Source of the DNA: Bacteroidota bacterium | GTDB taxonomy: Bacteria > Bacteroidota > Bacteroidia > NS11-12g > UBA955 | Length of the DNA: 64,000 nucleotides | Assembly (NCBI GenBank): GCA_024103355.1 | Contig: JAGFIU010000029.1 | Span: forward strand, 5,413 to 69,412 | Direction: 5' to 3' | Part shown: one piece after another, positions 19,762-29,103 of the stretch | How positions within the stretch are numbered: the stretch's first letter is position 1 | How the letters are laid out: the number at the start of each line of letters is the position of its first letter | The notes under the pieces: generated by a model | Seen by the model: only the letters and a program-made list of their open reading frames with translations | Databases searched by the model: none | Told to the model about the DNA's origin: nothing | Translations under genes and position numbers: made by a program

Positions 19762-20865
19762 TTATTGATAAATTTCAGTTTCTCCGTAAACGATAATTTC
19801 TGAATTTTTAGGGTCATTAGAATATATAGTAACTCCTCTGTATAACTTCCCCAATTTTTGTCCAATACTATCAAAGGTAAGGGTAAGAGTAGCGGTTTCT
19901 CCGGGTGCAATTACCTCTTTATCCGTTGTTCCTTTGAAACAAAAGCAGGCATTATGAATTTTTCTGATTTGGAGATTCGATTTTCCTTTGTTAGTTATAG
20001 TGATTGTCTTTGTTGCTGTTCCACCAAGTTTGATTTTATCAAATTTTATAGAAGTGGATTCTACTTTAATAACAGGCGCGTTTGCGCGTTCTTTTTTTGA
20101 CAAGTGGGAGAAGTCTTGGGTTTTTCTCCCTTTAACATATAACACCTTACTACTCATCAAGTAGTCATTTGAAAGTAAAATTAATCTGAAGTTAAATTCT
20201 CCCCAATATTCGGACATATCAGCAATATTTACTTTTAGAGAGATAACGGCAGAATCTCCCGGATCAAGAAATTGAGGATAATCTGCATGAAAAATACTTG
20301 GGAGATCTTGAATTCCAATAAAGTTTATTCTATTATAACCATCGTTGGAAACCTTAATATCGGCAACATATTCCTTGTTTTCGTATTTAATTTCTCCAAA
20401 ATCAAAAGTTATAGTATTCATAGATGTATTTCCATACAATACAGAATACCTTCCTTTATTTGGTTTGGCAACAGAAATAACTTCTCCATGAATCCTGAGA
20501 TTTATGTTAAACCCCGGATTATTGTTAAAGATAACGCGTATAGATTTATCAAAATGTCCGGGACGACCGGTTGGATCAAAACGTGCTGTAATAACTGCAT
20601 TTTCTCCCGGCAAAAGTGTATCCTTGCTGTACACGGGTTCGGTGCACCCGCAACTAACATTTACTTGGCTGATAAATAGCGGCTTATCTCCTGTATTTGC
20701 GTAATGAAATTTAGCACTCACAACGCCTCCCGATTCAAACACTTCTCCAAAATCATAGCTTTGTTTATCGAAGGAGAATGGAGATATGACTCCTTGAGAG
20801 TTTGCCAAATATCCATTAAATACAAGAATAAAGAAGGATATGGATTTGATAATTGCTGATTTCAT
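19762..20865 (-). CDS. DUF1573 domain protein (secreted, two CGCT-type domains)
   Basis: Signal peptide, then VNVSCGCTEP and a second degenerate copy NACFCFKGT, each about 100 aa apart. This matches the DUF1573 hallmark. Confidence 0.55.
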   Translation of the reverse strand: MKSAIIKSISFFILVFNGYLANSQGVISPFSFDKQSYDFGEVFESGGVVSAKFHYANTGDKPLFISQVNVSCGCTEPVYSKDTLLPGENAVITARFDPTGRPGHFDKSIRVIFNNNPGFNINLRIHGEVISVAKPNKGRYSVLYGNTSMNTITFDFGEIKYENKEYVADIKVSNDGYNRINFIGIQDLPSIFHADYPQFLDPGDSAVISLKVNIADMSEYWGEFNFRLILLSNDYLMSSKVLYVKGRKTQDFSHLSKKERANAPVIKVESTSIKFDKIKLGGTATKTITITNKGKSNLQIRKIHNACFCFKGTTDKEVIAPGETATLTLTFDSIGQKLGKLYRGVTIYSNDPKNSEIIVYGETEIYQ

Positions 20866-21028
20866 AGATGCAAAGATGGAAAGGATTTTGATTTGGTTGT
20901 CTTAATAGTCAAATTTCTTACCAAAAAAAGGATAAAATAAAAATTTGTGAGGATAAAGAGAATCCGTGTTTATTGTCCGCATTTTTATTCTTCAAGGAAA
21001 GCAGAGTCTCATATTAAATCTCAAATAC

Positions 21029-21604
21029 TCAACTGATAAATTTCTCAATGGTGCTAATATTTTCAGGAGTTAGTATTTCTTTTCCTGATTTTAGCTTGAT
21101 GATTGTCTGCCCTGCTACTTTTTTTAATTCATCAATATCATCAGTATTAATAAGTTCCCAGTGATTAAGGATAAAAACAGGCAAGATACGAGTTGGTTTT
21201 TCAAATAGGTATTTTGTTAATTGATATTGCTCAAAAGAATAACCGGAATTGAGTCGCAGTTGAGATTTTTCAATTTCAATTTTTAATTGTTCAATATCAA
21301 TGGGCTTCATCAAAGTAGGAATATGACAATAGTTGAGAACTCTGACAGAACTTTCATCAAAAGCAGTAATAAAAATCAATTCGAAATTGAAGTTCCCAAT
21401 TTCATTGAGCAAATGATAAGAATCGCCTTCTCTGAGACTAATATCCAGAAATGCCAAATTCGGTTTGAATTCCTTAATTGTTTGTTTTGCTTCTTGTATA
21501 TCCTTACAAAGAGCGATGTCCTCGATATTTTCGCAATATAGTCCTATCAAAGCTTTGAGGACTTCTCTACTTTTCTTTTCATCATCTAAAATCAAAATTC
21601 GCAT
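21029..21604 (-). CDS. response regulator receiver domain fused to a truncated LytTR domain
   Basis: REC domain with DDE..FLDI (phospho-acceptor Asp) and LMKP. The C-terminal ~55 aa align only to the first half of the LytTR domain of the neighbouring 247-aa regulator. Confidence 0.6.
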   Translation of the reverse strand: MRILILDDEKKSREVLKALIGLYCENIEDIALCKDIQEAKQTIKEFKPNLAFLDISLREGDSYHLLNEIGNFNFELIFITAFDESSVRVLNYCHIPTLMKPIDIEQLKIEIEKSQLRLNSGYSFEQYQLTKYLFEKPTRILPVFILNHWELINTDDIDELKKVAGQTIIKLKSGKEILTPENISTIEKFIS

Positions 21605-21610
21605 ACTGTT

Positions 21611-24600
21611 CTATTCCTTAATAAATGGTATAAATACTTGCACGAGTGTACCACAGGGGTTTTGCTCTTCATCAAATAGGTCAATAATATTGATGGTTAG
21701 TTTTCTTTCTTTATCTACATTCAGAAGTTCTAATCTCTCTTTGGTAGCTTTCATCGCAGTGGATTCGTGTTTTCTTGTGCGATTTTTATTTAATTCCTTT
21801 GCTCTTGCTCTACCTATTCCATTATCTTCAATTTCACAATAAATATGAGAGATTTCTTTTTTGACCCTCAGCGTAATTCTTTTCTCTCCTTCTTTGTTAA
21901 GTAATCCATGAACAATTGAGTTTTCGACAAAGGGTTGGAGCACCATAGAAGGTATCAGCATGGTTTTAATATTAACTTCATCAGCTACTTCAACTTTATA
22001 CTTGAGTTCACTTTCTATCCTTATATTTTCAAGATCAATGTACAATTGCAGAGACTCTAATTCTTCAGCTAATGAAATATAGTTAACTCTGGAGTTCTGT
22101 AAGATTTTACGCATCAATGATGAAAACTTGGTTAGATAGGAATATGCGATTTGAGGATTCTTGTTAAGTATATAATATTGAATACTATTGATTGAGTTAA
22201 AAATAAAATGGGGATTCATCTGTGAACGCAATGCTTTGAGTTCGATTTCGGTCACTTTAGTTTTAAACTCTCTTCTAATTTTATTAACTCTATAAACATA
22301 ACCACCAAACAATGTAATAAGGACCGCAAGAACAACTAACCCAATAAACCACCATGTCATCCAAAAGGGCGGAAGAATTGTGAATGAGATAGAGGCATAG
22401 TTTTTAGACCAGATACCATCTTGGCTTTTTGCTCGTACCTTGAAAATATAGCTACCCGGTCGTAAAGCTTGATATTGAACAAATCTTCTGTTTCCTGCAT
22501 TTACCCACTGTTCATCGACACCTTCAAGCATATAGCTATAAGTTACCTTATCCGGATTAAGCAATTCAATTCCAACATAATCAAAGCCAATGAAATTCTT
22601 TTTGTAAGCAAACTCCAACTCTTGTTCTCCACTATTTTTGATTCTTTTGTCCAATACAATCATTTGTGAAATATGCACAATGGGAGCAACAGTATTGGTT
22701 TTAATTTCTAAAGGATTGAATACATTAACCCCCTCAATACCTCCAAATAGAAACAATCCGGAACTTGATGCTAAATATGAAGCCTCATTAAACTCAAGAC
22801 TTTGAATTTGTTCAGGTCTGTCAAAACTCCTAACAGATTTTGTCTCAGGATTTATACATGCAATTCCTCTGTTGGAACTTACCCACCAATTTCCCACTTG
22901 GTCAATTAATAATCCATAAATAGCATCATTGGGCAACCCATTCATTTCAGAAAAGGTTGTTATCTTGTCGTGATGTAAATCTAAAATATTGATTCCACCA
23001 CCAAATGTTCCTAATAACAAAGTATCTCTACCAAGTTTTCTGATAGACATAATGTTGTTATTCATATTTGAGAACTTATTCTTGGAACTTGAATAATCCT
23101 TAATAAATTTCTTCTTCTCAATATCAAACTCAAATAATCCTTGTCCAAAAGAAGCTACCCATAATGTATTTTCATTTTGTCCGGGTTTGATATCATAAAT
23201 AATTTGAGGTGGAAAGCTATGTGTTGTATATTCCAAGTCACGCAACACTTCTCTTGTCTTTAAGTTTAACCCGACAAGACCTTCAGTTGTACCAATCCAA
23301 AGAATCTCGTTTTTATCTTCGAATAGGCAGCGGATTGGGTTGTGGGTGATGCTCATTCCACTTCTATCGTTCATTGAGACAAATTTTCTTTCCTTCGGGA
23401 AGAACTCAAATAATCCTTTTTCTCCCGTTCCAATCCAATAACGGCCTTTTGAATCTTGATAAATAGCTCTAATACTATTTGATGTCAGTCCCTCAGAATT
23501 ATGTCTATTAAAAACCGTAAAACTTTCGGTAACGGGATCAAACAGATTAACACCTCCTTCCAAGGTACCAAGCCAAATTTGATGTTGGCTATCCTCATAA
23601 ATGGGGTAAATCTGTTTGCTTTGAGTTCCTGAATTTTCAGGGTTTGGACGATAAAATTTGAACTGTTGGCTCAAAGGCATATAAACTGAAATTCCACTAA
23701 TTGTTCCAATCCAGATACTTCCCTCTGTGTCCTCATATATACCATAGATAGTATTGTTTATTAATGAAAAATTATCCGAAAAAGTTCTTTTTATTACATT
23801 ACAACTCCCATCGGAGCTAATTTTTGCGAGACCATCAAAGGTTGAGCCTACCCATAGATTGCCTTTGGAATCAGCCAACATCACATTAATATGATAAAAT
23901 TCATCTCTATCATTCTTTCCAAGTCGCACTGAATATTCATGTTCAGTCTCAATTTTAAACAACCCGGAGCCACCGGTACCCGCATACAAACAACCTTTAA
24001 ATAAAGCCAAGCTACTAATTGAATATTGAGTTAAATGCTTTTTGGAATGGAAAGATTTTTTATCCGAATCATAATAATAAACACCCCTATCAGTTCCAAT
24101 TGCAAATAGGTTGTCCCCAACCTTTATCATGGCTTGAACATAGTTCGATGGTAATTGAGAGTTTGCTGTTGTAATTCTTTGAACCTGCCCACTGAGAACA
24201 TTGAGTTTAATTATACCACCACCCATAGTAAAAGCAAACACATTCATTGAATCAAGAGAGCAGAATCCCCTGATTTCAAAGGCCTCACCCAATCTTTCCC
24301 AAATTTTGTAGTGATAAAATTTTTTATACTTATTCACGTACCGGTCAATGTGTCCGGAGTTGGTACCAACAAGCAAACTCCCATCCTGCAAGGCAAGAAG
24401 AGCTGTAATATAATTATCAGAGGGAGTGTTTTCATTTCCATATTCATGTCTAATAGGTATAAACTCATAACCATCGAAGCGATTGAGTTTATCGGGAGTT
24501 GCTATCCACAAAAAACCATCTTTGGTTTGTGTTATTTGTAGAATTGAGGACATAGACAGTCCATGCTCCATAGCAAAATTTCTAAATTTAATTGCTGATT

Positions 24601-24673
24601 TTACTTCTGTATTCTGCGCACCCAAACTCGTTATAATTAGGTTTAATGCAGTAAAGAGTAGAATTCTCCTCAT
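21611..24673 (-). CDS. sensor histidine kinase with periplasmic two-component-regulator-propeller repeats and LytS-type (His_kinase PF06580) transmitter
   Basis: 1020 aa. It has a signal peptide, repeated beta-propeller units (GTxxGGLxxFD...), Y_Y_Y-like beta-sandwich, transmembrane segment WWFIGLVVLAVLITLFGGYVY, NPHFIFNSINSIQYYI, an N box QPFVENSIVHG and a G box IEDNGIG. Confidence 0.8.
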   Translation of the reverse strand: MRRILLFTALNLIITSLGAQNTEVKSAIKFRNFAMEHGLSMSSILQITQTKDGFLWIATPDKLNRFDGYEFIPIRHEYGNENTPSDNYITALLALQDGSLLVGTNSGHIDRYVNKYKKFYHYKIWERLGEAFEIRGFCSLDSMNVFAFTMGGGIIKLNVLSGQVQRITTANSQLPSNYVQAMIKVGDNLFAIGTDRGVYYYDSDKKSFHSKKHLTQYSISSLALFKGCLYAGTGGSGLFKIETEHEYSVRLGKNDRDEFYHINVMLADSKGNLWVGSTFDGLAKISSDGSCNVIKRTFSDNFSLINNTIYGIYEDTEGSIWIGTISGISVYMPLSQQFKFYRPNPENSGTQSKQIYPIYEDSQHQIWLGTLEGGVNLFDPVTESFTVFNRHNSEGLTSNSIRAIYQDSKGRYWIGTGEKGLFEFFPKERKFVSMNDRSGMSITHNPIRCLFEDKNEILWIGTTEGLVGLNLKTREVLRDLEYTTHSFPPQIIYDIKPGQNENTLWVASFGQGLFEFDIEKKKFIKDYSSSKNKFSNMNNNIMSIRKLGRDTLLLGTFGGGINILDLHHDKITTFSEMNGLPNDAIYGLLIDQVGNWWVSSNRGIACINPETKSVRSFDRPEQIQSLEFNEASYLASSSGLFLFGGIEGVNVFNPLEIKTNTVAPIVHISQMIVLDKRIKNSGEQELEFAYKKNFIGFDYVGIELLNPDKVTYSYMLEGVDEQWVNAGNRRFVQYQALRPGSYIFKVRAKSQDGIWSKNYASISFTILPPFWMTWWFIGLVVLAVLITLFGGYVYRVNKIRREFKTKVTEIELKALRSQMNPHFIFNSINSIQYYILNKNPQIAYSYLTKFSSLMRKILQNSRVNYISLAEELESLQLYIDLENIRIESELKYKVEVADEVNIKTMLIPSMVLQPFVENSIVHGLLNKEGEKRITLRVKKEISHIYCEIEDNGIGRARAKELNKNRTRKHESTAMKATKERLELLNVDKERKLTINIIDLFDEEQNPCGTLVQVFIPFIKE

Positions 24674-24685
24674 TATTATCTTTGA

Positions 24686-25429
24686 TTATACTTTGGATAG
24701 GTTAGACAGAAACCCTTCTTTTCTTCTTTTGGAAACATCCACAGAATCACCATTCTTCATTATGACATATCCTCCATCACCTCTAACATATTTCTTCATT
24801 TGATTGAGATTAATCAAATAAGATTTATGCACCCTATAAAAACCCATATCTTTCAATAATTCCTCAAACTCTTTGAGATTTTTTGAAACTGTAATTCTAT
24901 CTGCATCTTGAATATAAAAATAAGTATAAGCTCCGTCACCCTTGCAATATATAATGTCTTTGACTTTGACAAACAACAGTCCGTCTGAGCTGGTCAATGC
25001 AATTTGTCTATCTTGAGAACCGCTCCATTTTTGCAAAAAGACATCTGCATAACGAACAGTTTCTGCTTTTTTTCGTTTTGTAAGTACTTTGTTAACCGCT
25101 GCTTCAAGTTCTTCAACATTAAAAGGCTTGAGAAGATAGTCCACAGCTTCGGTTTTAAATGCCTTGAGAGCGTATTCTTGGTGTCCGGAAATAAATATAA
25201 TGTCAAATTCTTCATTTTTGAATTCATTAATAAGTTCAAAACCCGAACTCTGCGGAAACTCTATATCCAAGAAAACCAAATCAGGTTGTAATTCTTTAAT
25301 TGCTTGTACACCTTCCTCAATATTGTCTGCTACAGCTTCTACTTTGACATCCGGACAGTAATCAGCAAGCAGTTTACTCAATACTTCACGAACATTTTTT
25401 TCATCATCAATAATAATTGTTTTTAACAT
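24686..25429 (-). CDS. LytTR family response regulator
   Basis: REC domain (IIIDDE...LVFLDIEFP...LLKP) plus a complete LytTR DNA-binding domain (FYRVHKSYLINLNQMKKYV). Confidence 0.8.
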   Translation of the reverse strand: MLKTIIIDDEKNVREVLSKLLADYCPDVKVEAVADNIEEGVQAIKELQPDLVFLDIEFPQSSGFELINEFKNEEFDIIFISGHQEYALKAFKTEAVDYLLKPFNVEELEAAVNKVLTKRKKAETVRYADVFLQKWSGSQDRQIALTSSDGLLFVKVKDIIYCKGDGAYTYFYIQDADRITVSKNLKEFEELLKDMGFYRVHKSYLINLNQMKKYVRGDGGYVIMKNGDSVDVSKRRKEGFLSNLSKV

Positions 25430-25440
25430 AGGCTTGATTT

Positions 25441-26031
25441 TTATATGGTTATGGAAAGAATATATTGGGTTTGCTTATTCAATATTTTTTCTTCAATTTC
25501 AGCTTTCAAGAAATTCGATTTTTGTTTTAATAAAAGAAATCTTTCTTGCTGCTCAGTATTTCTTTGAAGCTGTTCAAGCGGCTTGAGTACAGCATTAATT
25601 ATCACTTTCAAAAAAGAGTTTTCATGTTCATTCTCAATACTTATTTCCATCAATATCGGATTAGAAACCTCTTTCAAAGCAGCAAATACCAACAACTCTA
25701 TGAATGGAACACACAACAGGGTTGGAACATTGATGTTTGCATTACTCTTGTGGATTGTAAAATCAAACTGTTCACCAAATCGGAGTTTTTCCATTTTCAG
25801 ATATTCATTGATTAATTCCAGTTCTTCACTAATCGTCCAATGAGATATTTGAGGAAGGGAAGTAACTTTTTTCAAAAATCTTGCATAGGATGACAATGCG
25901 TTAATAGCATCTCTTTTTTGGTCAAAAGTAATTTGATTCTGAATTGCAGTCAGGTAATTAAAAACCGCATGTGAGCTGATAATAGTATTCGCCAATCTAT
26001 GATCTAAAACAATCTGTTTCTCAAGATTCAT
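25441..26031 (-). CDS. degenerate, sensor-less LytS-type histidine kinase paralog (pseudokinase-like)
   Basis: 196 aa. It aligns to the transmitter of the 1020-aa kinase (SSHAVFNYLTAIQNQI vs NPHFIFNSINSIQYYI; VPFIELLVFAAL vs QPFVENSIVHGL). The N-box Asn and the DNGIG G1 box are absent. Confidence 0.5.
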   Translation of the reverse strand: MNLEKQIVLDHRLANTIISSHAVFNYLTAIQNQITFDQKRDAINALSSYARFLKKVTSLPQISHWTISEELELINEYLKMEKLRFGEQFDFTIHKSNANINVPTLLCVPFIELLVFAALKEVSNPILMEISIENEHENSFLKVIINAVLKPLEQLQRNTEQQERFLLLKQKSNFLKAEIEEKILNKQTQYILSITI

Positions 26032-26175
26032 ACTTTCAAAAGTAACAAAGTACTAAACATAAACAGAAACAATATATAATAAACGGCCTATTTTGCAGAC
26101 CAACGATAATAATTAATTTATTAACGGATTAATAAGCACTTGAGCAAATCAAACAAAAAAAGTGAAAGTAAAGAC

Positions 26176-26183
26176 TACATTTG
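26176..26183 (+). promoter_or_regulatory. -7 box TAcaTTTG upstream of the acidic lipoprotein gene
   Basis: tacatttg lies 18 nt upstream of the ATG at 26202. Confidence 0.3.
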
Positions 26184-26201
26184 CACTTTAAACTTATCAC
26201 A

Positions 26202-26468
26202 ATGAAAAAAGTATTTTTAATTCTTAGCACTGTTTCTTTGTTCTTTCTATGCTCATGTAGCAATAACAATACAACCAAAGAAGATGAAGAAAAAATTCAG
26301 CAGAACGAGCAAATCATTCAAGAAAGTGAAGATGAACTTCTGGACCAAATTGAATCTGAAGAGGCTGCAGACTCAACTTCGAGTGACTCAAGCAACATAA
26401 CAAATACTCAACAAGAGGAAAACACAAAAGACGTCATTGACGTAAATATTTCCACTAAGAAAAACTAA
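26202..26468 (+). CDS. small acidic lipoprotein
   Basis: MKKVFLILSTVSLFFLCSCS lipobox, followed by a low-complexity E/D/Q/S-rich region. Confidence 0.5.
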   Translation: MKKVFLILSTVSLFFLCSCSNNNTTKEDEEKIQQNEQIIQESEDELLDQIESEEAADSTSSDSSNITNTQQEENTKDVIDVNISTKKN

Positions 26469-26489
26469 AACTCCGGCAGGTTTTAAATA

Positions 26490-28358
26490 ATGAAAAAATC
26501 ATTTTCTTTCTTATTGCTTGCTATATTCACAACAAGTTATGGAGCACTATGTCAAAGCAATAACAGTGGATATAAAATTACATTTGATGAAAATAAGGAT
26601 GCAGTCGGATTAGAATTTCTTGATAGCAGCCTCAGTGACAAGCGTGTAATATTTACAGGTGAAGATCACAGATATATTGAAAGTAACAACAATATCTCAT
26701 TGGCTTTTACAAAATACTTGTATAAGAAATTTGGAGTTAGGCATCTAATTCTCGAGCTAGGCTATACATGGGGGACGGTATTGGATAAATATGTACAAAC
26801 AGGAGACAGTATGATTTTTGAAGTAATAAAAAAGTCTTCGTATGTAACACACTATGAATACTTCAAGGACTTGTATAATTTTAACAAGTCACTTCCTGAT
26901 TCTGAAAAGATAATCATTACGGGTATCGATATTACACGCGACTATACTGTCTGCATACATTATCTGAGTTATTTACTTTCTGACAAAGGCATTCCCTCTG
27001 ATGACATTATTGTAAGTATAGAATCCATTAAGGCACTTTCTGATTATCTAAATAATCTTTCCAATGGTGAAAGCAGCGAGTACAATTCCTCATTATATTC
27101 ATATTACAATAGTATTGACTCAATCATTTCAAATTTTTATAATAACAAATCAAGCTATCAAGCATTACTCGACTCCAACTATACTGAATTTTCCAGAATA
27201 ATAAAATGTCTTGAAGACAATAAAATTTGGCATCACCTTGACATAAACGATATGATTCAGAAGTTTATTTATAGAGAGCAATTTATGTTGAAAGAATTTG
27301 AGAAGCTTCTGACTCAATACCCTAATGATAAATTTTATGGTCAGTTTGGGAGATGTCATATAGGACAGAATGGAGATGAGAACGAATGTAATTGGTATAA
27401 TTTTAGACCAATAGCAACAAGAATTACCGAACTACAGAACGTGGAGATGAAAGGTAAAGTGATGACATTGGCTATAATCTATACAGATGGATTATTTTAC
27501 AGAGAAAAACTCTCTGAGCAGATAAATGATTTGATAGACACAACCCCTGAGAATAGTGTTTTTGTTTATCCTTTAGTTAGTGAAACCAATGATAGCGACT
27601 CCACAGAAATTGTTCCATCCAAATATAACTACGTTATCATTGATAATAGGTCAAAACTGCCGGTTTCTTACACTGATTCAGGACCTATTTATAAATGGGA
27701 TGATCTTGAGAGTTTTAAAAACTCCTTTGCCTTTTTGGGATACAGCAGAAATTACGCAATGCTGCCACAACTATATTGGAATTCACTCAACACACTCAAT
27801 CGTGCACTAAGAGCTAATTCCCTATTCACAGATTTCTCAACTCCAATAGTGAGTCAGACTTTTGCTTTTGATATGTTATACTTTAGAAAAAAATTTGGCA
27901 GAGGGTGGGGTATTGACTTTTCTAATGATCTTATGCAGCATAGAGATGTCGACACCGCGTCATCAGTAAAATTAGGTGGTTCAAGTGCCAACTTTAGTTT
28001 TAATTACTACCTCAAATTATTTAATGTAAGTAAAATCGGATTCTGGATAGACTGGAGTTTACGACTTGGTTATAACAGCAAATATTTGCTCTTTGAATAC
28101 AACAATAACAGTCGTCCGACATTAATCGGCTTTGACAACATTGAGACTACAAAATTTAAAAGCAGTACTTTTAATATAATTCCAACCTTTGGATTTTCAA
28201 TTATTGCACATGAAACTCTAATGATTGGCGTAGAGGGGGGATACAACTGGCAGACAGGCAAAACCAAATGGAAGCAAGGAAAAAACATAGTTAGCGGTCC
28301 TTCACAGAATTGGAGCAGTGGATTTTATTCTTTAAAGACGGCTTTTATTATTAACTAA
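26490..28358 (+). CDS. secreted protein with N-terminal TIKI/TraB/GumN/erythromycin-esterase-like domain and C-terminal beta-rich (possible beta-barrel) region
   Basis: Signal peptide. FTGEDHRYIESNNNISLAFTKYLYKKFGVRHLILELGY fits the GExH...R..L....G.R...E N-motif. YGQFGRCHIGQNGDE fits the C-terminal GAGHLxGxxG motif of that superfamily. The last ~250 aa alternate hydrophobic residues like an outer-membrane beta-barrel. Confidence 0.45.
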   Translation: MKKSFSFLLLAIFTTSYGALCQSNNSGYKITFDENKDAVGLEFLDSSLSDKRVIFTGEDHRYIESNNNISLAFTKYLYKKFGVRHLILELGYTWGTVLDKYVQTGDSMIFEVIKKSSYVTHYEYFKDLYNFNKSLPDSEKIIITGIDITRDYTVCIHYLSYLLSDKGIPSDDIIVSIESIKALSDYLNNLSNGESSEYNSSLYSYYNSIDSIISNFYNNKSSYQALLDSNYTEFSRIIKCLEDNKIWHHLDINDMIQKFIYREQFMLKEFEKLLTQYPNDKFYGQFGRCHIGQNGDENECNWYNFRPIATRITELQNVEMKGKVMTLAIIYTDGLFYREKLSEQINDLIDTTPENSVFVYPLVSETNDSDSTEIVPSKYNYVIIDNRSKLPVSYTDSGPIYKWDDLESFKNSFAFLGYSRNYAMLPQLYWNSLNTLNRALRANSLFTDFSTPIVSQTFAFDMLYFRKKFGRGWGIDFSNDLMQHRDVDTASSVKLGGSSANFSFNYYLKLFNVSKIGFWIDWSLRLGYNSKYLLFEYNNNSRPTLIGFDNIETTKFKSSTFNIIPTFGFSIIAHETLMIGVEGGYNWQTGKTKWKQGKNIVSGPSQNWSSGFYSLKTAFIIN

Positions 28359-28368
28359 AAAGGATGTT

Positions 28369-29049
28369 ATGAAAAAACATATTCCAAATCTCTTTACACT
28401 CGGGAATCTTGCATGTGGTTTTGTAGCAATTTTTTTTATTCTAAAAGGATATCCTATACTTTGGGCATGTTGGTTAGTTATGTTTGCGGGTGTTCTGGAT
28501 TTCTTTGATGGATTTGTAGCAAGGGCTCTAAAAGTATCGGGCGAATTGGGCAAACAATTGGATTCTTTGGCAGACATGGTCACATTTGGTATTGTTCCGG
28601 GTTTTCTTGCTTGGTATGTAGGTAATAGTGATTCGTGGCTTATATTTTCTACATCCGCTCTGATACCAATTTTTTCTGCTCTTAGACTGGCTAAATTCAA
28701 TATTGATGAAAGACAACACGATACTTTTATTGGAGTTCCCACTCCCATGAATACATTCTTTTGGGTAGGGATGGTTTTTCTTATAATTCAATTTCCTCTT
28801 TTTGAAAATATTATTTCTGAACCAAGTATATTTTATCCATTAACCATTTTTAGCGCACTAATGCTGGTAGCTAACATACCAATGCTTGCATTAAAGTTCA
28901 AAAAATTTGACAAAGCATTTTATATAAAACTATTCGTATTCGTGCTGCCTTCATTGATAGCAATATCTTTTCTGGGATTAGCAGCTTTGGCACCCATTTA
29001 TTTCTTTTACTTGATTTGCTCTGTTGTATTTAAGCTGATACTTCTGTAA
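28369..29049 (+). CDS. pssA: CDP-diacylglycerol--serine O-phosphatidyltransferase (CDP-alcohol phosphatidyltransferase family)
   Basis: DFFDGFVARALKVSGELGKQLDSLADMVTFG matches the CDP-alcohol phosphatidyltransferase signature D-G-x2-A-R-x8-G-x3-D-x3-D. The protein is multi-transmembrane. Confidence 0.7.
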   Translation: MKKHIPNLFTLGNLACGFVAIFFILKGYPILWACWLVMFAGVLDFFDGFVARALKVSGELGKQLDSLADMVTFGIVPGFLAWYVGNSDSWLIFSTSALIPIFSALRLAKFNIDERQHDTFIGVPTPMNTFFWVGMVFLIIQFPLFENIISEPSIFYPLTIFSALMLVANIPMLALKFKKFDKAFYIKLFVFVLPSLIAISFLGLAALAPIYFFYLICSVVFKLILL

Positions 29050-29103
29050 AAACCCAGACCACAGATATCTTAGTAAATTAGTTTACTGATTTGATATTAA
29101 AAA

